In this document: in pieces, positions 27,841 through 41,539 of the stretch
Layout of the letters: each line of letters opens with the position of its first letter
Position numbering within the stretch: the stretch's first letter is position 1
The notes under the pieces: generated by a model
What the model was told of the DNA's origin: nothing
Databases searched by the model: none
The model's input: the letters and a program-made list of their open reading frames with translations, nothing else
Position numbers and translations under genes: made by a program
Assembly: GCA_964016885.1 (NCBI GenBank)
Contig: OZ024745.1
Location: 66,650,001 to 66,714,000 of the forward strand
Direction of reading: 5' to 3'
DNA from: Eledone cirrhosa
Lineage: Eukaryota
Length of the DNA: 64,000 nt

Positions 27841-28735
27841 ATGTATATATATATGTATACACAACCTTCAACACTAATTGACTTGACAGATGTCTTTAAC
27901 CCATTGATACCAAACATTATTTGGTCAGTAGTTCGTGTGTATGTGCAAGTATATATGTATATATATGCTTGTATGTGTGTGTCTATAGATGTATGTTTGC
28001 ATGCATGAATGAATACACTAAGCTTTAGATTTAGTATAAAGTACAACCACTAATTTCGGCTATTTGCACTATCGTATATTTTGGTTTCTATTGATTCCCT
28101 GAGGGATTGTTTGACCAAATTCTTTGCTTAATTTTTTTATTTATTAAAAAAAATTATTATTCTTTCTTTTAGACTTCAGGTATATTTTTAAAGCAAAGCC
28201 AATAAAATTCTTTGAAAGCAAAGCCCCTAAAATACTGCAGTGGTCCCTCCAATTCTACTGTGGGCTTCTGCAATTCTATTGCTGTCCCCCTGGGGCCCAT
28301 TGCCATTGGGCAACGTGGCAACCTGGCCAGTCTCCATGGTATATTTATATATATATAGGACTGAACAAAGTCAGATTCACCGCCTTGGATCCTATGCCCC
28401 ACTTGGACTCGACTCACCTCCCCAATTTCTCTAATATCCCGTCCATTATCACACCCCTAGATTCCTATCGCTTTCTCTTGATCATTAACATCTTCTCCTA
28501 CAGCTAATAAATGCCGACTGCAGAGGCGGTACCATAGCCAATGAGGGTTATCCGAGGCGTGGTTATTGCTAGTTGAAAACTATATATGCTCACTCCACTT
28601 TTCCCTTCTTGCTCTGTATACACATATACATACTCTTATATTAATATACTTTTGCTCATAGCTTCGTACTTAAATGCACACACACTATTTTAATCACATA
28701 TACACACACATTTCTTTTTACTTTCGTACGGACGT

Positions 28736-28818
<83 letters not shown>

Positions 28819-28903
28819 TTACGCACGTGCACAAGCAGAGCTCTTTTTACAAAACGGTTTTTTTCCATTTCAGGCAGACGCGCTCCATCATCCACTTTTC
28901 TAA

Positions 28904-29338
28904 AAAATAAATCATACGCAAAACGCCAGCACCAACAGTTTTGCAAGAGATTTCAACATGAATGGACCTGTTATTTTTATCTAAAGACATTTTTTTCCAA
29001 TTCTAACCCGCCCGTCTCCTCAATCTATCTTATTTCTCGTTCTTTCTACGGAGAATCAGTGCTGCGACGAATTAGAATTTATTACACATATTACAATCGT
29101 TTCTCTGGTGACCAGCTCGAGGCACGATCGATGCGATCATCGAACCTGACTCTGAAATCGCAAGTTCTTCAGATACGTCTCAATCCCTCGAAGCAGAGAT
29201 TCCAAATGTCCTGCTTATCTCGTCGGCCAAAAATAAATCATACACAAAACGCCAGCACCGTTTTGCAAGAGATGTCAACATGAATGGACCTGTTATTTTT
29301 ATCTAAAGACACTTTTCCAATTTCAACCCGCCCGTCCC

Positions 29339-29342
<4 letters not shown>
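28904..29342 (-). mobile_element. Small element with about 115-bp direct repeats (period 326) around an HHR
   Basis: Repeats at 28904-29022 and 29230-29342; lies between (CA)n and (TA)n. Confidence 0.65.
29087..29177 (-). ncRNA. Hammerhead ribozyme candidate with 62-nt stem II domain
   Basis: CGTAT CTGAAGA ... GAAA CGATTG TA ATATG, then AATAAA; basal stem II pairing is imperfect. Confidence 0.55.
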
Positions 29343-29416
<74 letters not shown>

Positions 29417-30678
29417 TATATATATAACACATGGCAAACTGGCGTATAACTTCCTCTCGGAGTATCCCGAAGCAAGCCGATTTATTTTATGCTTCCTTTG
29501 TCAGCCATTGGAAAGTATATTCGCGATGGTGGTTATTAAATCACTTATTAAAACACTTTCCCTTTCGATACGTGTATTTACATGTACAAACACGGAGCAT
29601 ACTTTCGCAAGAACACACACACATATCTACACGTATGTGCGGGTATGCACAATAACATGCACACATGTGTACCTCTGTACACAAGCGCACAAGCCTGCAT
29701 ATGTGCATGTATATTTACGTATACATTCTTTGTTGACTGTCTTTTTTGATCAGGGATATCTCGTTACCCAGTGTCCAAAATATTAGGGTGGTTGTTTGTG
29801 CTTGGATATATTGTGATCACAAACAGTATATATTTTGTGTTATGTAGCCATGGCTTTCATATCTCGTTCCGCGAGTTGGGGCACGAGTTTGGTTCAAGTG
29901 AACTCTTCCATATAAGCCATCTGCTGTTGCAGGGTCCGCATCTCTTAGAAATATCAACATACAGTTTGTCTCTTTCTGCTAACTTCTAGATAAAGAAAAG
30001 TCGTTTTTACCCTTCCATATATGACAAACCACTAAACGTGCAAACCCTGTTTGGAGCCACAAAGAGAATGACGCCTATGTTTACATATAATAGGGGATAC
30101 TGAAAACATTTTACACACTACATTAACGTAGTGAAATCTTGTTATTTATGTACCGCTGAAAAGTGAAATATACTTACAATAGACTTTTAAAAGAACCGCT
30201 TGACCATACGACTCGATTTTCTCTATCGTTATCCATACGAATCTAATTTTCTTCTGAGGAGATGGTCTAAGCCGGACTAAAATTCGATTTAATATTATGT
30301 TGCATGCCATCTCTCTGCACTCAAATTAGCACCGTCTATCTTGTTAGAATTCCCTTCTTTACCTATTACAGAGATTAACCATAAGTTATTTAATCGATTT
30401 GGGATTTTGATAGTTCGGCCCCTTAACTTTTGTAGATTTTATTGTATCCTCTGAAAATCATTAGTTCCCCATCCTTAGCTTTAGAACACAACTACACGTA
30501 CAAGAATTTCTCTGGAAGTGACACTATTGCAACATGGCAGACTGAATAAGTTGGTATTAAGTCCAGCGAAACTCGTTGGATAATGCAATTACACACAATA
30601 ATACACGCGCACACACACGCATACACAGACACACAGACGCAAACACACACACATACACACACACAAACACAGACACAG

Positions 30679-30710
<32 letters not shown>

Positions 30711-30890
30711 ACACACATACACACACACACACACACACACATACATTTCAGGTCGACCCTCCCACTTGGTGCCAAGTTCGGATACATAAGGAACGAACTG
30801 ACACGTATCCGGAACAAATGCACCGACGCAAGTAACTGAGACACACACATCACACACTTCCTGGAAGTACTTAAACTAAGCGGATACCCG

Positions 30891-31436
30891 ATGTCCACCG
30901 CGAACCGTGCCAGAAACAACGGAAGACACCACACCCGAAGCATTAATACCTGCTTCCTGAAGCTCCCACACTTCAATGATAAAACTACAACGGCCATCCG
31001 CAGGGCCATCGGACGAGAGGGACTAGATATCCAGCTAGCCCATTCAGGACCTTCTCTACGCGGACAGCTAGCCAAGAGACACTCCACCATACAAGACAGC
31101 AGCTGCATGCTGGCCAACTGCCCCATCGACGACACAGACCTATGCCACCAGGCATACGTTGTCCACAGATTAGAGTGCGACAAACGTAGAAACTTCTACA
31201 TAGGGAGCACCACCAGACAACTGCACATTAGATTAAAAGAACACCTCAACACTAATGCTTCCTCATTTAAGAAACACTTCAGGAAATGTAAAAACATCAA
31301 CAAAAACATAATAGTTAGGATAGAAGCTAAGGAAAGAAAGCTCGGCAATCTTAGAATTAAAGAAACATTAAATATAGACAAAACGCAACCACAGATCAAT
31401 AATAAATTAGAACTCAACACGCAATTTTTAACATGA
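30891..31436 (+). pseudogene. PLE GIY-YIG endonuclease domain
   Basis: CMLANCPI...C...VVHRLECDK..NFYIGSTTRQLHIRLKEH...LRIKE.LNI...QPQIN. Confidence 0.85.
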
Positions 31437-31727
31437 TAGAGCGTTTAGCCCTCATATTTACATCTCCACGTATCCTCTCACACTGACACACGCACACATA
31501 CACACACACACGCACACACACACGCATGCTTACACCTTTACGTATTCTCTTACTCACACACACTAAGACATACATGTCCAAACCCTTTAAAGGGAGACAA
31601 CTCTTTATTCACTTGACCTGCTCAAACCTTCACTCTTTGACATTAGAAGTAGAATATAACTTTATACAACATCCGGTCAGCATGACTAAGCAACCCACTT
31701 CAAACACTGGATTAACCCCCTTTACAT

Positions 31728-31764
31728 TCCTCAGACGAAGATATATTATCTCGAAATATCAGGA
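31728..31764 (+). ncRNA. Minimal variant hammerhead (CAGANGA core)
   Basis: TCCT CAGACGA AGATATATTATCTC GAAA TA TC AGGA; second copy at 46518-46554. Confidence 0.5.
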
Positions 31765-31952
31765 TATATGAATAAATTAAGGTAAAAGACTAATTGTCAG
31801 CGTTATCTTTTACATTTATATTCTATATCCAAACATGCATTGTTCTGGCATTCTAACTTCAAATATATATATATATTAGAAAGTGAGGTTTTTTACAAAA
31901 TGAAAAAAAAGAACGAGGTGTCCTACACGAGTGAAAGTATAAGGAAAAAAGA

Positions 31953-32414
31953 TGAAATCGAAAATGCAACTGGAGTCTTTTTTTTTAAATATATATTTAT
32001 TTGGTTCCTTTACCGGTTTTGCAGTTTGTTCTGCTTTTCAAAAGTAGAATTGAGATGGAGGGTTTGTGGTGTTTCTCACATCTGGTTGGTGTTTGAATGT
32101 TACCTCTGTTTTATATAGAAAAAAGTGGCTTGAAATGCTAGGTCTTTAGAGAAGTAATTTGGTTGGTTGGTGAATAAGGTGAATAAGTATACTCACTAAC
32201 AAACCAAATTACTTCTCTAAAAACCTAGCATTTCGAGCCACTTTTTTCCATATAAAACAGAAGTAAAATTCAAACACCAACCAGATGTGAGAAAAACCAC
32301 AAACCCTACATCTCAATTCTACTTTTGAAAAGCAGAAGAACTGCGAAACAGGTAAAGGAACCAAATAAATATATATTTAAAAAAGAAAAGACTCCAGTTG
32401 CATTTTCAATTTCA
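31953..32414. mobile_element. Foldback element with degenerate HHR (32322-32357)
   Basis: About 230-bp inverted arms; CTT TTGAAAA GCAG AAGAA CTGC GAAA CAGG TA AAG; related end at 33502-33720. Confidence 0.7.
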
Positions 32415-32415
32415 C

Positions 32416-32452
<37 letters not shown>

Positions 32453-32465
32453 TATATCTATATAC

Positions 32466-32515
<50 letters not shown>

Positions 32516-33460
32516 GTAGAAAACTTATAATGAAACAATTGTTTGGAAAGGGAGATGTATTTTCATTATGTCTCATATAAAATAATACAACTGGCTATCC
32601 GCAACATACATATAGTTAGCACCCCAAACGTAAAATTAAGATTATACTAAGGTATATCCTAATGTTTGTTGAGTGAGATGGAAGCCGGTCGGAACATTGC
32701 TTAAAAGCTTTCTCTGTTAATGTATTAAATATTATACTCTTAATTTCCAGAGAGGAATATTTCCAGATAGCTTTTAAGTGTAACTTTCCGTATTTATTAA
32801 TTGTATAAAATATTGATTGTTATTCTGATATCTCATCTCTGTTTTAGCCTAAGGAAATACCTATATGCGTGTATAAATAATACATGCATATATTTTTTTT
32901 TTTTAAATCTAATTGAGTTCTTCACACGCATTGTTAAAATTATTGAAAGAATTAATTGACCCGCGTGCATATTATTTTATTTTCTTATGTTTTTGCGATG
33001 ACCTCCCCTTTCCGTTTGATGGCAGTGTGAAATTTCTCATTCTGAGACTGATGGAATTTCAAATCTGGCGGTCATTCTGACACGGAGGGGGACCATCGCT
33101 GTACATGGAATGTCGGTAAGAAATGTTTTTTTATATCGATATTTGACGGGCATTCACTGATGATTTATAAGTGCCCACCTGCATATATTCCTACGGACTA
33201 TGTGTAGGCTTCTACATAACCTGGACATATTTTTCCCAACTTGTAGAAAACTTCTAATGAAACAATTGTTTGGAAAGGGAGATGTATTTTAATTATGTCT
33301 CATATAAAATAATACAACTGGCTATCCGCAACATACATATAGTTAGCACCCCAAACGTAAAATTAAGATTATACTAAGGTATATCCTAATGTTTGTTGAG
33401 TGAGATGGAAGCCGGTCCGGTCGGAGCATTGCTTAAAAGCTTTCTCTGTTAATGTATTAA

Positions 33461-33463
<3 letters not shown>
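32516..33463 (+). mobile_element. Retrozyme-like element, family D: 1.3 units of a 727-nt monomer
   Basis: Direct repeat 32516-32731 / 33243-33463; (TA)n on both sides; HHR spans the unit junction. Confidence 0.8.
33153..33274 (+). ncRNA. Hammerhead ribozyme with 95-nt stem II domain (family D)
   Basis: TTCA CTGATGA T TTATAAGT...ACTTCTAA T GAAA CAATTG TT TGGA. The upstream partial copy has ACTTATAA, the perfect stem II partner. Confidence 0.7.
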
Positions 33464-33492
<29 letters not shown>

Positions 33493-34844
33493 ATATATAT
33501 ATGAAATAGAAGTTGAAAATGCAATTGGAGTCTTTCAGAAGATTTATTGATAATAACGTTACCGGTTTTACGCTTGAATGATTTTCAAAAGTTTGTGACT
33601 ATGTGTCTCGCATCTGAAGGTTTTGGTAATTTCTTTCTTATTTATTAAACAAAATAGCTAAGGTTGCTATATGTTTAAAGTACAATTGGATAGGTTGTGG
33701 AACATCATGTAATTAGATTTCGAGTTTTGTTGGTGTCTTCGTCAGAAATTGGGAGTGTGATTGTTCAGTGAACGTGGCTAGTAGCTATTTCAGAAAGAAT
33801 TCAATCAGAGAGAAATACTCATCACACTAAAGCCGGTTGATCGAGTCTGTGCTATGAAAACACTGACAAAATAAATACACCAAAGCTGCACTCAGTAATC
33901 TCTACATTCATTATGCCTACAATCTTCCTACAAATATTGTTGCAACAAAAGCAAGCAGCGAAGCATAAGCAAAATTAAACAAAACTTTGCTGAGTAAATT
34001 AAATATGTGGGGAGTGGGGCACGCGTGTGTGCACGTACGCGCTATAACACAGCGTATATTGGAAGATTTACTCTAAAATTAATACATTATAAAGTGAGTA
34101 AATTAAATGTGCGGACTAAATTGTTTGTGTCAGTGTACAATAACATCGTATATTAGAAGATCGACTGTAGAATTAATATATTAATATAGATATTATTTTA
34201 ACGTTTGAATTAGAAGCCATAACGTTGTGAAAACATGCAAATTTAAGTATGAAACCTGCTTCAAGGTTGTATTGCCTCAAAATACTTCGTATTTTTTAAC
34301 GTACTATGATAAATCTATAATTATCCTTTTTTGTTTGTTTGTTTTATTTTGCGAAATGCATAAATCCATGAGATACACTGGAATTTCGTCATCTTAAGTT
34401 TGTCATTTTACGTCAAGTGTGAGGTCAGTGATTCTGCTAAACTCTACTTATCTCATCATGAATTTGCCGTCTTTTACACTCGGATGATTGATTTGAAATG
34501 TGATTCCTTGTTGACTTGCGCTGCCTCTTTCTGCCATATTCGTTAGTCTTCCATTGTTACTGGCTAAACACGTCATACTCGGACTTACGCTTAATTAATC
34601 ATTTTTTTCACTCTCACTCATTCTTTCTCACTTCGTAGTCTGCCATATTGGCCACCGTAATAAACAACTCATCCTTCAAATCTCATTTTCATTACACTTT
34701 TCCTCATGCCAGTTAGTCATTTACTGTTTTTCATTTGATAACCTTCTATATATGTATTTACGTTTTTTGGTTTCATAAAAGTGGCAAATAAATGTGACAC
34801 ACCACTTCGCTTTCCATATAGAGAGATGATACATTATCTTCTCG

Positions 34845-35370
<526 letters not shown>

Positions 35371-35557
35371 TATTACTCCAAGAACAATATGCCAGGGAAT
35401 TCTCGCAAACTCGCTACCTAACTAAGAAAACCTCTTGTTGAGTCAAACAACGCCGTACGTTAAAACTATCCATAGTACAAAGTACACACGACCTCTAACT
35501 GGATTACCTAAAACGGCAACTTGTTATCCCATATACATATATATACATACACACACA

Positions 35558-35629
<72 letters not shown>

Positions 35630-35985
35630 GTTTACATATACATACATTTATATATATATTGTTTATCTAATAATTCTGTAGACATGATTTATAATAATAT
35701 ATTGCTCTGAGTATTTAATTTATTAATTCTTCATAGAGCTAAATGTGACCGGTTGTAACATATATACATTTATGTATATGTAAACCTTTACATTTAATAA
35801 TCTCCCGTAAGGTTGAGATTAAATTTGGCGATATTTGGCTGCGCTTTCGAGCGACAGGCCTACACGCCGTCAACAGCCAATCACATTCTTTCCAACTTGA
35901 CCACGGCCATAGTGTGATTCTTAGCCATTTTTTAATCCAATTTTGGCGTGATCGGCTTGGAATACTAAGTGTCTATTTTTGAGTT

Positions 35986-36065
35986 TATCTCCTGATGATT
36001 CCGAACTCAATGGATTTCCTATTAATAGGATATCTAAAAATACGGATGAAACCATGGTAGGGATA
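35986..36065 (+). ncRNA. Type I hammerhead ribozyme (family E, copy 1)
   Basis: TATCTC CTGATGA T TCCG...CGGA T GAAA CCATGG TA GGGATA. Confidence 0.88.
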
Positions 36066-36645
36066 GAGTTACGGTATGTACACAGTTCTTCTATGTTTGA
36101 TTTTACACCGAATTGCATATGGTTAATTATGTACTTGGTCGATTTATGCATGCTGTCGAAATGTTGGATCAATAACCTGCTGTGGATACCGCGAAGAAGC
36201 CACTCTCGTTTGTTTGTCGGAGATTTCTTAATAGGAGCTTTTATCCTTATGGCTTAGTATAATTGATTTTTTATATGGTTGATTGTGCTGTTTGGCAGAG
36301 GAAATGGAGTATATATTTTGTTTATCTAATAATTCTGTAGACATGATTTATAATAATATATTGCTCTGAGTATTTAATTTATTAATTCTTCATAGAACTA
36401 AAAAGTGACCGGTTGTAACATATATAAATTTATGTATATGTAAACCTTTATATTTAATAATCTCCCGTAAGGTTGAGATTAAATTTGGCGATATTTGACT
36501 GCGCTTTCGAGCGACAGGCCTACACGCCGTCAACAGCCAATCACATTCTTTCCAACTTGACCACGGCCATAGTGTGATTCTTAGCCATCTTTTAATCCAA
36601 TTTTGGCGCGATCGGCTTGGAATACTAAATGTCTATTTTTGAGTT

Positions 36646-36725
36646 TATCTCCTGATGATTCCGAACTCAATGGATTTCCTATTAATAGGATATCTAAAAA
36701 TACGGATGAAACCATGGTAGGGATA
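36646..36725 (+). ncRNA. Type I hammerhead ribozyme (family E, copy 2)
   Basis: Identical to copy 1, 660 nt downstream. Confidence 0.88.
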
Positions 36726-37007
36726 GAGTTACGGTATGTACACAGTTCTTCTATGTTTGATTTTACACCGAATTGCATATGGTTAATTATGTACTTGGTC
36801 GATTTATGCATGCTGTCGAAATGTTGGATAAATAACCTGCTGTGGATACCGCGAAGAAGCCACTCTCGTTTGTTTGTCGGAGATTTCTTCATAGGAGCTT
36901 TTATACTTATGGCTTAGTATAATTGATTTTTTATATGGTAGATTGTGCTGTTTGGCAGAGGAAATGGAGTATATATTTTGTTTATCTAATAATTCTGTAG
37001 ACATGAT

Positions 37008-37070
<63 letters not shown>

Positions 37071-37118
37071 CGTGAAATAAGAAAATTTTAAAAAATTAAC
37101 ATACTTACTAAAATTTTC

Positions 37119-37199
37119 ACTCCAACTAATTAGTTTCTGCAATGGGATAAAGACAGTTACGTAATAAACTGTCGAGAATTCATTGCGTCATCAGGGAGT
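37119..37199 (-). ncRNA. Hammerhead ribozyme (family B)
   Basis: ACTCC CTGATGA CGCAATG...CATTGCA GAAA CTAATTAG TT GGAGT on the minus strand. Confidence 0.85.
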
Positions 37200-37651
37200 C
37201 TATTCTCAGCTAAGTCTCCAGGCAATGCGCGGACACTGGGGACTCATATAAAAATAATAATAATTCGGTAGATGGAAAAGCTAGCGGGGACTGGATTCCA
37301 TGCACTGAAAAGCTCGCTGTCACTGGTCAAATGGCAGATTCTAAAGAATCAATCACGTGACACTGAGGCTAGTCGGTAGGAGTGGGATGGTAAGATGACA
37401 GAAGCCTACTAACACACCAATAAATTAGTAGTGGTTTTGGCAGGTTTGCTCGACAAATAAGTAATTTGGAGATAAATATAGAGAATTTAGTATATCTACT
37501 AACATATGCGTACAGATGTACGCTAATGCTAGCAAATACACAGGTTATGTCATAGTACCTAGGTGGTTCAATGCAGGAGGATGCAGAACAATAATATAAA
37601 AGACGTAAAATAAGAAAATTTTAAAAAATTAACTTACTTACTAAAATGTTC

Positions 37652-37732
37652 ACTCCAACTAATTAGTTTCTGCAATGGGATAAAGACGGTTACGTAATAA
37701 ACTGTCGAGGATTCATTGCGTCATCAGGGAGT
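37652..37732 (-). ncRNA. Hammerhead ribozyme (family B)
   Basis: Same motif, intact, 533 nt from the other copy. Confidence 0.85.
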
Positions 37733-37813
37733 GTATTCTCAGCTAAGTCTCCAGGCAATGCGCGGACACTGGGGACTCATATAAAAATAATAATAATTCG
37801 GTAGATGGAACAG

Positions 37814-37872
<59 letters not shown>

Positions 37873-38024
37873 TTGTGTGTGTGTTCTTAAGCAGAATTAA
37901 TGCTTAATTTGTTATTATTAGGCAATAAGAAATAAAATTTTATTTTGATATAATTATATTTAAATAATTGCAAACATTTTAATTCCTAAAATTCACAGGT
38001 CATGTACATATATTATTATTTATG

Positions 38025-38186
38025 GTTCGGACGCCATGCTTTCTACCATAGTTACGTCCCTTTACAGTCTGAGTTCAAATCCCGCCGAGGTTAACTTTGC
38101 CTTTCATCCTTACGGGGTCGATAAAATAAAGTACGAGTAATGCACTGGGATAATTGCTGGCCTTGTGCCAAAAGTAGAAACAATTA
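38025..38186 (+). mobile_element. SINE, 5' truncated
   Basis: GAGTTCAAATCCC B box, SINE core and GCCTTGTGCC...GTAGAAACAATT tail. Confidence 0.8.
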
Positions 38187-40221
38187 TTTATTATAATTAA
38201 TGGTTTCTCAAGTAGTCACCACTCATCCTTTTGTTCGTTATATTTTATTGATTTTCACTTGTTTGCATCTGATTCCTTGTTAGGTTTTATTATAATGTGA
38301 AAAAACAAGATTTGTTTCAGTGTGTACACCACGCATATGCTGCGCCACCGCCTTGATTCCATCGGCGCAGTTGCTAAGTAGCAATACATAAACACAAACG
38401 GACACAAAAGCAATTGCACACACAAACAAACACACACACACAAATAGACACACGCACACACACACACGTATTTGGATACTCAGTATTAAATGTGTGTATT
38501 TACACATACAGCTCTTTATTATAGGCGTAAAAGGTGGAGTGTTTATATTAAGAATGGGACATCGGTGTTTCAATTTAAAACTTTATTCTTAATTACACGT
38601 CATGCTTGTTTTACAAGTCATCGCGACTGTTTATGTATAGGCTGTTGCTTCCTTAACTCATTTGAAAATTTAAATATAATCGTAGTGTCTTTCTAGCATG
38701 CCTCCAATAGTAGATCCGACCTCTTTAATTATCAACACATTGTATTTTCCTTTTCTGAGAGATCAGCTATTTCCCGGCATAGAAACATTCATTTATATTG
38801 AAACCTACACATCAATACAAAATATATGAAAAAAAGGTATAAAATATTTTAGCTTTTTAAAAAGGCATTGAAATGTGTGGAAACAGTGATGATAAGTAAC
38901 ATATCGCAGTTATTTCAAAAATGGAAAGGGCATATTTTAAAAATAACTATATAGAAATATTTCATTAAAAGCAAATCAATGTTTTAAATTACGGTATTAC
39001 AGCCTACGCTGATTAGCCGTATGACAGAGTATGTCAATCTAGTAATGCATTAAATACAAATTCAGATGTTATGAAGTAGGGTACAAATATCTTTGAATAA
39101 CAAACATTGATATAACGTTGTTTACTTTACTAATGCGTTATTTCTAGAGAGATTTTGCCACGTTTCTTATAAACTGGTAGCTTCGCGTGTTTCATTTCTC
39201 TATTACTGAAACAACTTTCAATAAGTATGGTTGCATATGAATATAGGAATTCAAGTTTAAATATCTGAACATAGCAGGCATGTGTAAAGGTAAAGGTAAC
39301 ATATTAGAAATATAAATGTTAAGAGTATTTACTTGTGGAATTACAAACATTTCCTCTTCAATTGAGATATACTTAATAGTTAGGTCAATATACATAGTTG
39401 ATAGACTTTCGCATAGCAATAATTTCATTCTGAAACTTCAGACTAAGTCATTACAAATGAACGGATATAGAGACAAATAAATGTGCTATGGTAGCAAAGT
39501 AGCTTTTCTAAACTAAGTACTGTCGTTTCATGAAATCAACATTATTCAAACTTAAAACAGAAATCGAAACCCAGTTATCTATTTACCAACCGATCGATTT
39601 TTTGTGTTATCAACTAGTGTCATATGGAAAAGATAATCTGAAATTATACTAATCCGGCTTTTAAAAATAAGACACTACAGTTAATAAATAGTCAAGTTTA
39701 ATGGAGAGATTAACTTTTGTGAATTTGGTATCTATGTTAAGATTATGTTGTTTACTACGCAACTGCAGGAAGATCATTACCACTCTAAAAATCAATTTTT
39801 TATTCAATTTAAAAATCAACTTCCAATATTTTATACTATCGTATAATTTATAAAACTGAACATGAAATTTAAATCATAATAAAATGAATGCTTTTCGAGT
39901 AAAACGATATTGAGTTCACAAGCAACCAAATCTTATCAATTCTTTATGAATGGAAGATACTTATTTTGAAATGTATCTACACACCAGAACAAATTACTGA
40001 AATTATAATAGTTTTTAAGTCTTTACACAGGTTCTTAAGTTCGCTGCTTCTTACTAAACGATTTCTAAAATCACGGAATTTAATCTCATTTCCTTTAAAA
40101 CCTAATCTGAACAATTTTCAAGGACACGGTTTATCTGTAACTCATCGTAAAATGTATTGTTTAATATTGTTATTTTCATTATTAAAGAGAGATGATTTAT
40201 AGATGTCATTATTATGACTTA

Positions 40222-40437
40222 GGAGGGTGGTGGAATGGCAGTGAGGTAAAGCGTCGGAAACATGCTTTGTGGCATCGAGTTACATCCATTAACGTTCTGA
40301 GTCCAAATCCCACCGAAGTTAGCTTGGCCTTGCATCCTTATTGGAGTGACAAATAAAGCACAAGTAATGCAATGGTGTTTATTTAGTCAATTTACCCATC
40401 CCACCAAAATTGTTGGCCTTGTGCCTAAGTCAGAATC
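40222..40437 (+). mobile_element. SINE, diverged full-length copy
   Basis: Collinear with 7370-7575. Confidence 0.7.
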
Positions 40438-41539
40438 ACAAGCAAAACATTTGAAGAAACTGTGTGTTTTGTGTGATGTTTTTGTTTTAAGTTCACATCC
40501 GTAATTATATTTGATATCCCCAGTTGAACAAGTTGACACATATCGGTCAACTGGCGAGTTCATTCAACCGTTGCCTAGTTTTTTCCATGTTCGAAATTCA
40601 TAATTGGTCATCAACAGTGTTACAAATAGTAAATAGAGTTGTTCACTAAAACAAATGCTAGGATGGATATTGTTGTTGTTAGTGTTGTTGTTTGTGGTGA
40701 TGGTGTTGGTGATAGTCGTTGTGTTGCTTAGCTAGACTCAGCTTCGATCGTGCAGACCCATGTTCAAAAGTGTTCAAGAGGTGATCATTGTGAAGTTTTA
40801 GGGACATCCATGATTCCATTATCTGTGTCATTTTAGTCTCTAATATGGCTGGGTGCGAGGGAGATTCGGCTACTTTTTCTAGCAGTTTGTTCGGTCAGAG
40901 GGGGGGCTCTCACATTGGCTTGCGTAAGATCTATTGAAGCAAAATGTATTCCGTTATATTGCAATGGATTTTTTCTTAAGGGGATGCACGAGATTGTAAA
41001 CATGGTTTTCCTTCGAGGTAAAATGCTAGAGCAGTATAATCACTAGGAATGTCATGTTCTCGTGAATTATATATAACAAATCTGTATTTGACAGCGCTAG
41101 TCAACAATGGTCACGCAATTTATTTTATTCTATCAATATATACAAGAATAAAATTAACGCTACTAGTGTAAATTACGAACTAAAGTATCAGTTTCCTGTT
41201 ATTTCGGAAATCTTCGAGTAATATATTCTTCTTTTATTTTAACCTACTTAAATGTTAGATAAAATGAGTAGAATAGGATAGGGGGGAAGATTCTTTGTTT
41301 GATCGAAAATAAAATATTTCATTGAGAGACTAACACCTTGTCAATTCAAATATTGATTTTTGATAGTTACGATGTCATATTCTTGAGGTGAAAAATAATT
41401 CAGTATATCAATTATATCTATTTAATTGTTATATAGTTTATCTGCCCCACTAGAAAGGTAATGAAGACCTAGGCTGGAAGAGAAGAGTTTGGAATAACAA
41501 TGTCTTTAAATATTACTAACTCATTGGTGGTACTGAAGC

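Larger units (their letters stand above)
30746..31865 (+). mobile_element. 3' fragment of a Penelope-like element (thumb, GIY-YIG, 3' end)
   Basis: FRSTLPLGAKFGYIRNELTRI...LKLSGYP, then the endonuclease; 3' end repeated at 46483-46640. Confidence 0.85.
35626..37012 (+). mobile_element. Retrozyme-like element, family E: about 2.07 tandem units of a 660-nt monomer with two intact HHRs
   Basis: Two near-identical 660-bp units; short inverted 5' tag (35627-35655 vs 36421-36448); (TA)n on both sides. Confidence 0.88.
37064..37815 (-). mobile_element. Family B retrozyme-like element: 1.4 units of a 533-nt monomer
   Basis: Reverse-complement homologue of 14832-15540; (TA)n flanks. Confidence 0.85.

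Noticed and set aside
26269-28339. Possible DNA transposon termini CAGTGGCGGACTGG / CCAGTCTCCATGG
   Set aside because: Match too degenerate and no clear TSD.
30537-30580. CTGAATA...CCAGC GAAA CTCG TT HHR-like motif
   Set aside because: Core G8 changed and no stem I pairing.
30557-31183. 208-aa minus-strand ORF
   Set aside because: Antisense to the PLE fragment plus a (CA)n tract.
36581-36917. About 100-aa ORFs on both strands of the 660-nt unit; unit length divisible by 3
   Set aside because: No recognisable domain; their repetition only reflects the duplication; these frames end in stops, so endless circular translation is not supported.
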